A DNA stretch of 64,000 bases from the NCBI RefSeq assembly GCF_001194135.2, contig NC_068985.1:122539007-122603006 (forward strand), read 5' to 3'. This document shows, piece by piece, positions 11,982-26,800 of this stretch (position 1 is the first letter of the stretch; each line of letters opens with the position of its first letter). A program made the position numbers and the translations under genes. The notes below the pieces were generated by a model. It was given only the letters and a program-made list of their open reading frames with translations. It made no database searches and was not told where the DNA came from. Source of the DNA: Octopus bimaculoides. Lineage: Eukaryota.

Positions 11982-14900
11982 TGGCACTTTTCTATTTGTC
12001 AACTAAATTCACTCAGAAGGTACTAGTCAGCTTGAAGCTCTAGTGGAATATACTTGTCCAAGGTGCCGCATAATATCAGTAAATTTGAATCCACACAGTT
12101 GCAAAGCAATATCATATCCATGCCTGCAATTAACTGTTTCTGCTCCTATTTGATGCTGTTGAAGGAAACTTTTGCAATGTTCATATTGCAGGATGATTGT
12201 GGAAATTTCTTTCCATGGATGTGGAAGCTGCATTCTTTTATCTGTTTCTTGTTTCAGTCACTGGATTGCAGCCATGTTTGGGAACCCCGTTGAAGGGTTT
12301 AGTCAAAGAAGTCAACCCCAGTACTTATTCTTTTAAAGCCCAGTATCTCTTTTATTGAGATGTTAAGTTATGGACACAAAAAAACCCAACACTAGTTGTG
12401 AAGCAGTAGTGGGGGACAAACACAAATGTACTTACACTTAGATATATATACATATATGTGATGGTTGGGAAGCAAGCTTTTTAACTGCACAGTCACACTT
12501 GCACCCTGTATAGTGTAAAATATTTAAATAAAAGTGCAGGCGTGGCTGTGTGGTAACAAGCTTGCTTCCCAACTATTTGGTTCCTAGTTTGGTCCCACTT
12601 TGTGGCACCTTGGACAAGTGTCTTCTATTATAGCTTTTGGCTAACCAAAGCTTTGTGAATGGATTTGGTAGATGGATGATGGAAACTGAGAGAAGCTTAT
12701 CACCACCATCATCATCATCATCATCATCATTTAGTGTCTGTTTTCCATGCTGGAAAGGGTTAGATGGTGTGATAGGAACTGATAATCTGGAGAGCTACAC
12801 CAGGCTCCAGTCTGATTTGGCATGGTTTCTATGGCTGGATGTCCTTCCTGTATATATTGTATATCTTTGTGCCTGTGTTTGTCTCCCACCAATTTTTGAC
12901 AACTGGTGTGTTGGTGTTTTTACATCCTATTAACCTAGTAGTTTGGCAAAAGAAATTATAGAATAAGTACCAGGCTTCAATAAAAAAAAATATACTGGGG
13001 TTGATTCATTTGATTAAAAATTCTTCAAGGTGGTACCCCAGCTACTGTCTAAGGACTGAAGAAAGTAAAAGAGAAGAGGCTTAAATAGCTTGTGGAGTAA
13101 AGTGGAGCAAAGATAACTTGACAGAGTAGAGGTGGAGTGAAGAAGACCCTAACCCTAACCCAATAAAGTGGAGCAAAGCAAAACAGAGCAGTTGAGTTGG
13201 TGTGAGAAACACCTAATGAAATGCAGGTGGAGTGAAAATGCAGAAGAATGGATGTGGAGCATAGGTGGAGTTATGCAAATTGGAGTGGCCTAAGTACTTG
13301 TGGAGTAGAGATGGAACAAAGAAGACCTAGTAGAGGTGCAGTAAAGAAGTTGAGGTAGAGTTCAGTCAAAAGATATACTATCAGGGATATAGCTGCAGTC
13401 TGTGATATGCAATGTATTTCCAAACATTTTTTTTGCTGCATACAACTTGAAAATAAAAAATACTTATTTTCTCATTTACCTTTTTGACAGTGATACTGAC
13501 TTCTCCATCTTCCACAAAATACATGCAGTTTGCATCATCTCCCTAAAAGTAAGTAAATCAAGGCAAAAATTTGAGCTTCACAATTATCAAATAAAATGTA
13601 ATTAAACAAAGTTCAACAGAGAAAGATGAAAAGGGCAAAAAAGAGACAAAAAACAAAAATCAATATTAATCAAAAAGGGATTTCATTATTTTTCTTTCGA
13701 TATTGAATTTTCTTTTCTTTCTCTGAATTGAATATCTGATTCAAGATCCAAAGCAAATACACACAACAACATTGTTAGCTCCACCAAGGTTGAATTCTGT
13801 GCAAGCTTCATAATTATAACAGACTCTATGTACTTCTAACACAGCTCAGCTGTGTATTCAGCATGATGCATTTTTGCCTGAAGTTGCAAACAGCATATAT
13901 ATATATGTATATAAATAAATAAGCATACACACACACACACACACACACACCATCATCATCATCATCATCATCATCATCATTTAACGTCCATTGTCCATGC
14001 TGGCATGGGTTGGACGGTTTGACTGGGCTGGCCTGCTGAAAGGCTGCAACAGACTCCAGTCTGATTTGGCACGGTTACTATGGCTGGATGTCCTTCCTAA
14101 TGCCAACCACTCCGAGAATGTAATGGGTGCTTTTATGTGCCACTGGCATGGATGCCACGGGATGCATTTATGTGCCACCAGCATGGGTGCCAGTTTGCAT
14201 GACACCGGGATGCATTTATGTGCCACCAGCATGGGTGCCAGTTTGCATGACNNNNNNNNNNCGGGATGCATTTATGTGCCACCAGCATGGGTGCCAGTTT
14301 GCATGACACCGGGATGCATTTATGTGCCACCAGCATGGGTGCCAGTTTGCATGACAGCCTTATCTATCATGATTACGATTTTGTGAGTGTTGTATGTGTA
14401 ATGGAGTGGTGTCAAACTGGTGAGTAGTCACTGTTTGATTTGGTGGTGAGAGGCAAGGTGACAAGTGTGTGAGTGCATAGATCTTGCTGTTTGTACATAT
14501 GTGTTTGTGTGTGAGTGCCTTGGTGTTGTGGTGCATGTATGTATGTGCTTTTGTGAGTGGGCCAAAGTGTGTGTGTGAGGGCATGTGTGGGGGCATGTGT
14601 GTGTGTGAGTGTGTGAAGATGTGTGTATTGGTGTGTGTGTGTGTGTGTGTGTGTGTAAATACATATGAGTGTGTGTGAAGGTATGTATATGGGTGTGTTT
14701 GGGTATATGGGAGGATGTGTGTGTCCCCGCACGCGCACGCATGTGTGTGTGTTTGTATGCATTTCTATGATCTTTACTTTATGGGCACTTTTCCAGGCTT
14801 TCGTGGCTCAGGTAGAATACGTTGAAGTAGATTTTCTCTGTAAAGGTATTTGTGTAAGAAACTATTGTTTGACTGCTTAAAGAGTGATTATTTAAATGAT

Positions 14901-17900
14901 TATAAATAATTAGGTCCAGTGCCTGTTCAGGCAGTCAGACCATAGCACAATCATAGATATATATACATACATTTACATATACACAGATATGCATATATGT
15001 ACACACACATTCATACATACATGCAGAAACATAAACACATGCAGAAACATAAACACATATTTTTTAAAAATAGAATCCAAAGGCTTATTATGCACATACA
15101 TAATCACCTCTATACTTGGCCCACCCTCAACATCCTGTGAACTTTTAAGAGTCACCATTGTGCCTCTGCTGTATACAAGTTTTCTCCATCTGCTACGGTT
15201 GTGAGAATTGTAGTCTCCACTAATGACTTGTTTCTCCATTCCAGGATGTTGTCTTTCCATCTCTTCTTCTATTCACATCTCCTTTTTCATTCCTTCATTG
15301 TTCTTTGAAAAATGGTTTTTGCAGTGCCACTGGATCTTGTTACTGACAGCTGTACCATTCTTAGCTTTCTTTCCTTCACTATCATGAGAATTTCTCCATG
15401 ATGGGTAGTTCCATTGTGATGCAGGATAGTGTTACAACGCAACTCAGCTCATTTGTGATGTGGTCCAAATGGGAAATGCTTAACATGATGTGGTAGCATC
15501 TCATTTTCAACCCACACAACATGTGGGTTGGAAATGAGATTACCACAACCCACACACTGTGTGTGTAGAAATGAGTGTATAGAAATAAGTGTGCCTTGAA
15601 GACAACTAGGGAATAATTGACTGAAGTGAGAAGCTGAAAGTTGATGGTAAGAGTTTCCAGAAATTTCTCCTTACAGAAATGACAAATGTTTTCACTTACC
15701 TGTCTTAGTACCACTTCACCATCTTCAAAGGATTGTGAATGTAAAGCATCAGCAATGTTTAACTTTTCATAATTCTAAGAGGAAAACAAATAGACAGACA
15801 AACATCAGCATTAAAATACCATGATATGAACTTCACATGTCAAAAAGGTCGAAATGAATTTTTAGTTCAGTTAGAATTATCATATCTAATGTGGTGAGTA
15901 TTAAAAATCTGGTAGAATTCTGTTATAAGCATGCCATATGACACCTCATAACTTTTCTAACGTTCAGAATTTTCAGAAATTTTTTGCAAATTTGTATTCT
16001 ACACAGGAATTCCCACAACTATGAACAAAATAAATTTTTAATTTTTCGAAATATTTTTGCTTTAAATTTTTTAAAAAAGTTTTTGGAATTCTTTTTTTAA
16101 AAATCACTGTTTAAAATATGAACAGTCTGAATTTTTGGCTTAAATCCAAGCAGTAGACCATTAAATGTGTTTATGGGGAGAAATATATTGAAAAGCATCA
16201 ATATTCAGACTGACTAACAAATGTGGAGAGTATGAGGTAGTCATGAGATGTGATAAAAGTAACAGCTAAATAGCCCTTAAATCATGCACCAAAAATGTTC
16301 CTTTTGGTTTTGCATAATTGTATGCATTACTGTGTGTAGAACACAAATTCACAAAAATTTTGTGCAAGTTCCAAAAGTTATGAAGGGTTATATGGCATGT
16401 TTAAAGCAGAATTTTGCCAAAATCTAATCTAAAAGGATAAAATGCTAAGTTGATCGCGACAGGAATTGAACTCACAATGTAAAGAGTCACAACTAAATGC
16501 AACAATGATTTTGCCTATAAAGTGAAATCACTGATATTATTACTCAGATACCATCTACATGAAAAACAAAAGTAATGTCAGGGCAAATATACTTAGTGTT
16601 GTGATAATCAAAAATGTATGTGTTTTGTTCTTATTAATCCTCCTCAGCGAAGCATACATTAATACCCAGTGAGAAAATGATAGCATTATTTCCATGTTAA
16701 ATATTATGTCAATGGTGATGTTATATATGTATGCTTTGTTGAGGAGGACTAATAAGAGCAAAACATGTACATTTTTGACTATCACAACACTAAGTATATC
16801 AGCACTGGCATAGCTCTTGTTTTTCATGTAGATGGTGTCTGAGTAGTAATATCAATAATTTAATTTTATTGACAAACTTTTTAGGGCATCAAACATCAGA
16901 CAAAATGCCTTGTTGCATTTAGTTGTGATTCTTTACATTATGGGTTCAGTTCCTGTCATGGTCAACTTTGCTTTTTTGGGGTGGGGGAGGGTCAATAAAA
17001 TAAACTACCATTCAAATACTGGAGTCGATATAATCTACTTGTCCCTGCCTACCCAAAATTTCAGGTGTAGAGCTGATACTAGAAACAATTACAATCATTA
17101 TTAGATGATTATTAGATAATCAGGTAGAAGGTCTCACAGTATTTATCTTAGCTGTTTAGGTTCTGAGTTTAAATCTTACCAAAATCAATTCTATCCTTCA
17201 ATCTTCCAGCATCAAGAACTAAGACTGATTTAATTGATTAACCCCACCCCTACCAAATTTTCAGGCCTTAGCACCATTTTGTCTGGCTTTATGCTCCGAG
17301 TTCAAATGCCACCAAAATTAACTTTGTTTTCACCCTTTCAGAACCAATAAAATAAGTACCACTTATATATATATATTTTTAATGAAAGGAAAGAATGGTG
17401 GCTGGTTGGTTGGTTGGTAGAATTGTTAGAGCATTGCACAGATTCTTGGTGGTATCTATTCTGGCTCTTTGTGTTCTGAGTTCAAGCCTCATTGAGGCTG
17501 ATAAAATAAAGTACAAGTATTGATTCCTTGATCCCTGTCTGTCTCTCTCCCCACTGAGACAGACTCTGCAGAGCTGCACTACAAAAAGGATTTGGCAGAG
17601 TGGGGCAGTCACAGCATCTTTCTACAAGACAACTACTTCTAACATCACAGAAGAAGAATGTGACTGCCAAAATGATGAATGCAGACAAAATGCTATTCAT
17701 TCAGGAAAAGGAATCTAGTTGATCATATTGACGTCATTAACTGATGGGAGGATGAAAGGTAAAAATCAATCTGTTGAATTTGAACTCATATAGTCAAGAG
17801 CCATAATTGGTGTCTAGTAAATTCATCCTTGTCAATTCATTGCTTGTAATTACATCATGATAAATATATCCCTTATACTGTCATCACCTGGTAATTTTAT

Positions 17901-20900
17901 TGCAATGTAGTTAATTACATTGTAAATCAATATATATGATGATAGGAATGGCGTTCAGGAATGGTGACCAGCCTGTCCAACCAATAGAAAATCAGATGTA
18001 AAACGATAATGGATTACCATCATTGGTAAATTAATCATCATTACTGTATTTGTATATTTGTCAAGCTTTTTATTTGCCAAATAGATACATCACTAAATAT
18101 TAAAGATTTTATTTACACAGTAAATAAATCACATTTCATTAAAAATAAAAAGAAGGAAATTCAAAGTCAAAACAAATCAGTTATTTTTGAACATAGAATC
18201 ATCATCGTTGTTTTTACATCCACTGTGGTAGATTTTCTATACCCAGGTGCCCTTCCTATCCCCAACCCTCACCTGTTGCTAAGTAAGATAATATTTTCCC
18301 ATAGTTAAACATGTTTTCACAGAGGATTGGAAACGAAGGACATTGCTTGTATGACAGTGACACCCACATAGTCAGGGTGTGCACACACACATACACACTT
18401 ATAGGGCTAGCTTTTTTTTAGTTTCCATCGACCACATCCACTTACGAGACTTTGGTCAGCCTGGAGCTATATTAGAAGACCTATACTCAAGGTGTCACAC
18501 AGAGGGACTGAACCCAAAACCTTTTGATTAGGAAGCAACCTTCTTATCACACAACCACAAAAAAAAAAAAAAAAGAATACAATGTATAAAAGCAACATTT
18601 CTTTAAGTTGAAGAAAAGAAGAGACATTCTAAAAATACAAATTATTAACAATGTTTCTTAATCCAATATTTCATGATTTTGATATTCATTGATGATGCAT
18701 TGAATTCTCTCAGCACATCTTTATATTTCTTTTTTTTTTTATATCTTCACATTTCTGCAATGGCAACATGCTGTTTGATTTTAACCTCATTTCTCAATTG
18801 TTCCCTTTTTCAAGGTTTCTAAAAATTCTTCAGTGATAGGACAGAATTTTTTAATTTTTGAATTTCTTCATCATTGTTAATAAAATGCAGATAAAAATAG
18901 CTAAGCGATGTTTAGTGATGTATTTATTCTGTTGATTTAACCCTTTAGCATTCAAAATGTTTATTCACATTGTTTTGAATTAATCATGCATTATCTCATA
19001 GCTATGAGATTTCAATGATGTGATTGTTTATCTTTAGAACGATATTGTAAGGTAGGTGTGAGAAGGCCAGATCTGGCTGATTTAAACATAAAACAGAATA
19101 TTTTGATAAGATGTGACCAACATGAACATAAAACAGATAGAATATTTTAGCAGGATATGACTGGTTTAAACAGTAAATGACTAAACTAACCACAACTTAT
19201 AAAACAGGTAGCAAACACCAGGCAGGGACTCGGACAGGTATAGCCATAAAAAGCTAAATGGACAGATTGAGGGGACACACATTAATGCATTAACTTTTTA
19301 GCATTACAATTACTGTTATTTCTAAAATGTCACGATAATTATTCAATATTGAAATGTAGCAGGATGATTTAACCCTTTAACATTCAGATTCCTCTGTCAA
19401 ATGTAATGCTTATTCATTCACATTGTTTTCAGTTAATCATGCATTATCTCATAGCTATGAAATTTCAATGATGTGATTGTTTATTTTTAGAATGATATTG
19501 TAAGGTAGGTGTGAGAGGCCAGATCTGGCTGGTTTAAAAATAAAACAGGTAGAATATTGTGTCCGGATATGGCTGGTTTAAAGGCTAAAGGGTTAAAGTT
19601 TGACAGTGAGTTTGACAGAGCAATGAAGTCACCAATGATAGCATAGGGCAGCCACTTCATATACATGTGTTTGCTGTAATTGAAGAGACGTTATGTTTAA
19701 GATAGTAGGTAGCCTATTTAACTATTACTCAGAGTGGTTAAAACCAATGCTATACCACTGCTTTGACCATAGGTCTCCTTAATCACAGATGTCCAGCCAG
19801 TAAAAAACCCCCCAAAAAACAGCCTTTAGTGCTACCCCATACAATCTGTCAGGTTATGGTACTTATCTTTTTTTATCTCACAATTATTATAATTGGTAAG
19901 CAACTGTATTGTTGGTTATAGCTTTCTAGTGGACCAATCAATGGCGAGAATGACAAGGGATTGTCTGTGCCACACAATAGAAAATGAATTTGCAAGAGAT
20001 TTTGTTAAAAAGTACTGGTTGTTGGATTTTTCTTAATATATATTGCTGAAAAGATATACTTACATATTCTGGGGTTAAACAATAACAACAACAACAACAA
20101 CAAACATGTCAAAGCCAACAAGATTAACCTATAACAGTCACTTGAACTACTAGAAATAGGAGCTGTATTCCCTACCATCTAAAAATGTAAAAAACAAAAA
20201 CAAAATAAAAACAAAGCAAAATAAAAAGAAAATGGCTAAATTGGGCAATGTGGTTCATTCATTCTTTTAATACAAAAAAAAAAAAAAAGACAGAATGGTT
20301 ACACCTAGAATGCCTTTGATCATAAGTCTTGTTAGTCGGAGATGATGACCTGGGGCTGAACAATAATAATAGATACAACAAAGTTATATTAGAATTTGAA
20401 GAGTACATATTAAAATAGCGATGATGACGATTCAGTTAACATCTTTTCTCTATTGACATAGGCTAGATGGGTTTACTGAGGCAGTAGATCATCACTGTAT
20501 GCCCTTCCTGTCATTACTTCTTTAGTCACCTCTTACAACATGGAAAATCAACTGTAAAACAAGGTTACACTTAGTATGACTGTGACACATACAATATGAC
20601 TGTGACACATACAATATGACTGTGACACATACAATATGACTGTGATACATGCAAAATGATGGGAATACATATGGTATGGCTTAGCAATGGGGTTTGACCA
20701 GGAGACATATCATGTGACTGGGATATATACAATATATAATATATTATACAATATATCTGGGGTACACATGATATCATTGGGATAAGTATGCTATCACTGG
20801 ACTACACCCAGATACATGCAGTTTGACTGAGATACATATGATATGATTAAGGTATACAGTGGAACTAGGATACACAGAGTATTACTAGAGTACACACAAT

Positions 20901-22919
20901 ATTACTGGACGTTTATGATATGACTTGGATATACAATGATATGACTGAGATACATATGGTGTAATAAAGATATACAAAATGTGACTAGGATACATAAAGC
21001 TATGGCTAGGTTACACATTGTATGGCTGGGATACACAGAGTTTCACTAGGATACCCATGGTATGATTGGGACATGCTTGGTATCATAAGAATACATGCAG
21101 TGTGAACAGGGTACACATGATATAATTGGGATACATCAAGTATAACTGTGATACACACAGTATGACTGGAATATACAAGATGTGACCGGGATACATACAA
21201 CACAACTAGGATATATGTAGTAGGACAGGGATATGTGTGATATGACATGGGTACATATGTATAACAGATACATGTGATATGATAGGAATATATATGCACA
21301 ATATGACAGAAAGACCCATGATATAACTGGAATACTCATAGTGTATAAAGTTTTAAAAAATGACAAAGCCATTTCTTACATCAAGGCATGAGAACAAGGG
21401 AACACTCTCAATCAAGTCAGTGTACATTTTCCTTCGATTAAAAGCATCCTTTAATACAATTCTTCGAAAGGTAACTCTGTCCTGGAAAAAAAAAATGATA
21501 AATAATTAAGCACAAAATCAACAAATAACCACAAAAAGGTTAGGCAAAACTTAAATAGCTAAACTACAAATGAAACAGAAAGCATCTATATGGTTGTTTG
21601 ACCTGTTAGAAAAAGCACATTTCAAAGAGAGTGTATCTGTTGCTTACATGAAACTCAAACTGATGACAGAATTTCATGCTCATGTACAAAATTGCAGCTT
21701 GTAAACATTTAACCCCCATTTAGCTGAACATTTTCAAAGTCAGGAAATTATTTGCATATTTGATTTTGCAATCATTCACTGGCATTGTGAATTCACTTTA
21801 AGGTGGCCCAATTTTATGTTTAAAGTGATATATGCTCACTTAGAATTACAAATGCTGTTGTTAGTAATTGAATAAAAACTAGTAAAGAAGACAACATATT
21901 ATGGAAAGTTGTAAATTTTCCCTAATTAATAAATAGAATCTGAAACAAAAGAAGCTTTAATGAAATGTTAGTTAGCAGGATAACTAATTCATCCAAGAAC
22001 ACCCCTGGTCATATGAAACAAAAACCACTCTGTTCTAAAAAGTTTATGTTTAAGTAAAGGGGTGGCTGTGTGGTAAGAAGTTTGCTTCCCAACCACATGG
22101 TTCTGAGTTCTGGGTTCAGTCCCACTGTGTAGCACTTTTGGAAAATGTCTTCTACTATAGCCACAGGCTGACCAAAGCCTTGTGGATGGATTTGGTAGAT
22201 GGAAACTGAAAGAAACCTGTTATATATATATGTGTGTGTGTATTTGTCCCCACCACCACTTGATAACTAGTGTTGGTTTGTTTCCATCCTCGTAACTTAG
22301 TGATTCAGCAAAAGAATCCTAAGGTTGATTCATTTGACTAAAATTCTTCAAAGCAGTGCCCCAGCATGGCCACAGTCAATTGACTGAAGCAAATGAAAAT
22401 CATAAAGTATAAACCTTCTATTGTAATTTTATGGAATTTACATGTGTTGAATTATGGCTTAAACAACACTAATTTAATGCTGAAAAAGTTGTCGTATTAA
22501 ATTCCTCCAAATTCTTGATTATGTTAAAAATTAATTGAAACAAGTAGACAATGTTATTCATTAAAAGTATTGGTAGGAAAAGGTTAAAATACTCAATGAC
22601 AGCAATCTCTCTATCTAGCTGGAGTCAATTAGCCAGTAATAATGTGGGGAAACACTAATATCACAGCATGGCTTCTGTTACATAATACATTTAAGGGTCC
22701 ATACAGGTTTAAGATTTGTACACAAGATAGACAGACAGATACATACATGCATAAAGAAAAGGGCCGTCTTAGCAGTATTGTTGCTCTGAGTAAAGAGATA
22801 CTCTGGAGGTCCTATATTTATTTACTGTCAACAAACTGCAACCTACATAGATTAACAATAAGCTCTAGACTGTGAAGCTTCCCCCAAGCAACTTCACAGT
22901 GCACTCAAGCCTTAAGATG

Positions 22920-22964
<45 letters not shown>

Positions 22965-23697
22965 GTGCTTATGCTTTTTTTTCTCCCGTATATTCAGAAG
23001 TAGAGGAACTTTAGGTTTTTTTTACTGGTTCAAAGGTATGATCTCTAAAGTAATAGATTCCCTATTCTTCCTGTCTTCTTTCCTTCCATCTATCTTCTCT
23101 GCCCACTGATCCTGGGAGGATTGTTGAGAGATAGTCCTCAGGTACTTCCTCCATAGAGTCTTATCAAAACCACCCTTCATTAGACTTTCTGGCTGGGCTC
23201 CCAAGCATGACCAACTGAGACTACGGATTTTATCCAACCATCTTGTTCTTGGACTATGCTTAGGTTTCCTGCCAGTTGGCTCAGCTTGAAGAATGTATCT
23301 TGCAATTCTTTAATTCCATTTGTAATTAGATAATATAGTATATACACACAGGTGCAGTGTGGCTGTGTGGTAAGAAGCTTGCTTCACAACCACATGGTTC
23401 TGGATTCAGTCTCACCATATGGCACCACAGGCAAATGTCTTCTACTATAGCCTCAGGCTGACCATAGCCCTGTGAGTGGATTTGGTAGATGGAAACTGAA
23501 AGAAACCTGTTGTGTATCATCGTTATTTAATGTCAGTTTTCCATGCAGGCATACGTTGGATAATTTGACAAGAGCCGACCAATTTGAAGACTACCCCAGG
23601 CTACTGTGTCTGTTTTGGCAGGGATTTTATGGCTGGATAATCTTCCTAACATCAACCACTCTACAGAGTGGACTGAGTGCTTTTTATGTTGTATGTG

Positions 23698-23760
<63 letters not shown>

Positions 23761-23770
23761 NNNNNNNNNN

Positions 23771-23835
<65 letters not shown>

Positions 23836-26800
23836 AAAATAAATAAATAAATAAATAAATTGTTCAATATAATGACTGAAACAAGTAACAGATAACATAT
23901 ACATACGAAAATCAGTGATTCAAGGTTCATGTAAATATATTCCCTTCCTATTAGTACATGTAAAAAAATTATTAAATACAAATTGGTCCCAATACTTTAA
24001 AATGAATAAAAGGAAAAAAGCACCAGTGTAATAACAAATAAATTCAACTTACTAAGGCCCATACAGAGCCTGGTGCAGAGCAGACCACTGTGGCTGCTCG
24101 TGGGACATTGTACATAAGAGCTAATTCTCCAAAAAAGCCTTGTCCATCATATTCTCCAACTTTTTTATGATGTCCATCTACTTCAACATAAACATCATAC
24201 TGTCCACTGCAAATAAATTTTATAAACAGTTAGTCGTTTTTTTTTAATAAAAGAAGTTTAAAAGAAAAATGTCCATTTAAAATGAAATGTCAGATGTGAT
24301 ACCTTGAAAGATGAATGGTTGAAATGTTCATCCTTGAAGGGCAAACACATTTATTTGTTCACCCTTCATGGGTGAATGTTTAAAAATGAGATGTCAGATT
24401 TGGTACCTTAAAGGGTGAATGGTTGAAATGTTCATGCTTGAAGAGTGAACATTTGTATCTGTTCACCCTTCAAAGGTAAATGGTTAAAAACAGGATGTCA
24501 GATTTGGTCCCTAAAAATGTGAACGGTTTAAGATGGGATATCAGATGTGGTACATAGAGGGAATGAATCTCGGTACTTATTTCTGTACTAAACTATTGGC
24601 TTGCTTTGTTTGTTTACTTTTCCACATTGGAAACACAAATATTTAGCATTGATGATTTGGTAGAGAAATTCCTGTTCCAGTGTGCAGCTTCAGTACAAAG
24701 TTGGTTCTAACCCACTTTAATTATTCTGGTTTATGTCCACAGGAAAGTTATAAACATCATAACTTTTTGTTTGACCCACCCCCACCCCCAGAAGATGTGA
24801 GCCAAAGTAATCACCAGAAGAGGAGAAATTCAGCATTTCAGATAGAATCTTTCTACAGCCAAGCAGATCTACATCAAAACAATCAAGTCCTTCCTTTCCT
24901 CTTCACAGCATACTCATTACATTATTTGCTGATGCAGACCATCATTATTTTCCTTAGATTCTGCTATTTTATTCTGCTGAGTCTATAACAAGTGATTTCT
25001 AACAATGCAGTGATTGCAGCTCCAAGTAATGTTCTGTGTTAATGTAGCAAATACATGTTCATCACTAGCTTTTGTTTTTATTTTCTAACAATTAGTTTGA
25101 TGGCTAGAGGCATTCCACTGGGTTTTTATTATGAATGTTCCAGTTTTTCCATCAATTGAATGGTCTACTCTTTGAATTAACATATGAGTATTTTGCACTC
25201 ACATAGATCATTAACATCAGTGTGATATAGTGTATTAATAGGGTGGTCCCTTAAATTACATGTACAATATATCTGAAGGCTTTCAGACAGTTTCCATCTC
25301 CCCAGTTTCATTCACAAGACTTGAGTTGACTCAAAACATTTGACAAGATGCCATGGAATGAGATTGAACCTGGTACCTCATGACTGCAAAGTGAACTTCT
25401 TAACATTTTGGCCTTGCCTCTAGCCATCAAACTAATAGTTAAAAAATAAAACAAAAGCTGGTGATGAACATGTAATTGCTACATTAACACAGAATATTAC
25501 TTTGAGTTGCAATCACTGCAGTGTTAAAAATCACTTGTTATAGACTCAGCAGAATCTATGTATAAAAAACCCCAGACAAACTGGATTAAGCATGCTGTGA
25601 AGAAGAAAGGACCTGAGTGTTTGGTTGAAGGCCTTCTACTTGGCTAGTGAAGGACTCTATCTGAAATGCTGAATTTCTCCTCTTCTGGGGATCACTGTGG
25701 TGCATGTCTTCTGGGGTTGGGCGGGGTGGGGTCAAATAAAAAGCTGTGATGTATAATACTAGACAATACTTTAATGATGAGTTTCTCATAAAACTGAAAC
25801 ATGTCCATAGATGTCACCACAACTAACAAACATCTGACTCCTTGTGGAATTCTTCATTTAGTTTTTAATTTAAATTTCTGAGTATCCTCCCTTGCTTTCT
25901 TTTACAGAAATTGTTAAATAACTTTTTTTATTACATGTGAAATTTCAATGAATTAAAAACTCTTTTTGACTAACATGAAGTGTGTGGGACTAGAATAAAC
26001 TATGCACAGTGTTGTTATAATTAAAAAAGAAACGCATGATCTCACACACACACACACACACACACTACTCAGATGTTTATTACAATGCAAGTAATGAGAG
26101 TACTTAATACAAACCTGTCAATCACATAGAAGTTGTCCCCGTCATCGCCTTGATGAATCACTTTCTCTCCTTGTTCTACCTACAACAACAACAACACCAA
26201 TTATTAATTATGGAAATTATTTACTTACATTTAACTGAGTGAGAATATAGACATGAAATTAATTATGAAAGGCATTGCTTTATGTCAACTGAGTCCCCTT
26301 ATCATTGCTGGAGTTTCTGCTTGATTAGGGCCCATTTGCAACTAAGTAACATCAACCAATATAATATGTAGACTTTGGATGAAGCTAAACTCCATTTAAG
26401 TCTCATAGCAACACTTGAGGATTGCTGTTCTGTTATGGAGTTCACCAGTGTAGTGTTCTTGGATGTTGTTTGCTCTTTTATCCTTTGGATCTGAAGGAGC
26501 ATCAGATGGTTTTGTTCTGGTTTGAGCTTGTGAGAGCTCTGATTGTAAGCATGATATCATCATCGTCATTGTTTAATAGAAGACAATTGCTCAAGTGGCT
26601 TATGCAGTGGGAGAGAACCTGAAACCATGTGGTAGGGAAGCAAACTTCTTTCCACACAACCAGTCATACCTATGCCCTATGCCATGTTATTGATAAATAT
26701 TGGGTCTTTTGATTCATTTGTTGCAATACTTCAAACAATATAAACTGATTACACCAAAGCTTTCCTTTAATAATAAGATCTTCTAGTGTTAAAATTTTTT

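Noticed and set aside
13147-13161. (CCCTAA)2 telomere-like repeat; also TTAGGG x2 near 28895
   Set aside because: Only 2-2.5 units; expected by chance.
14158-14354. Regularly spaced repeats as a possible CRISPR array
   Set aside because: Head-to-tail units with no unique spacers, eukaryotic context, no cas genes.
26109-26114. Atypical donor GTTTGT as a possible minor-class intron
   Set aside because: Lacks the U12 GTATCCT consensus; treated as a weak U2 donor.
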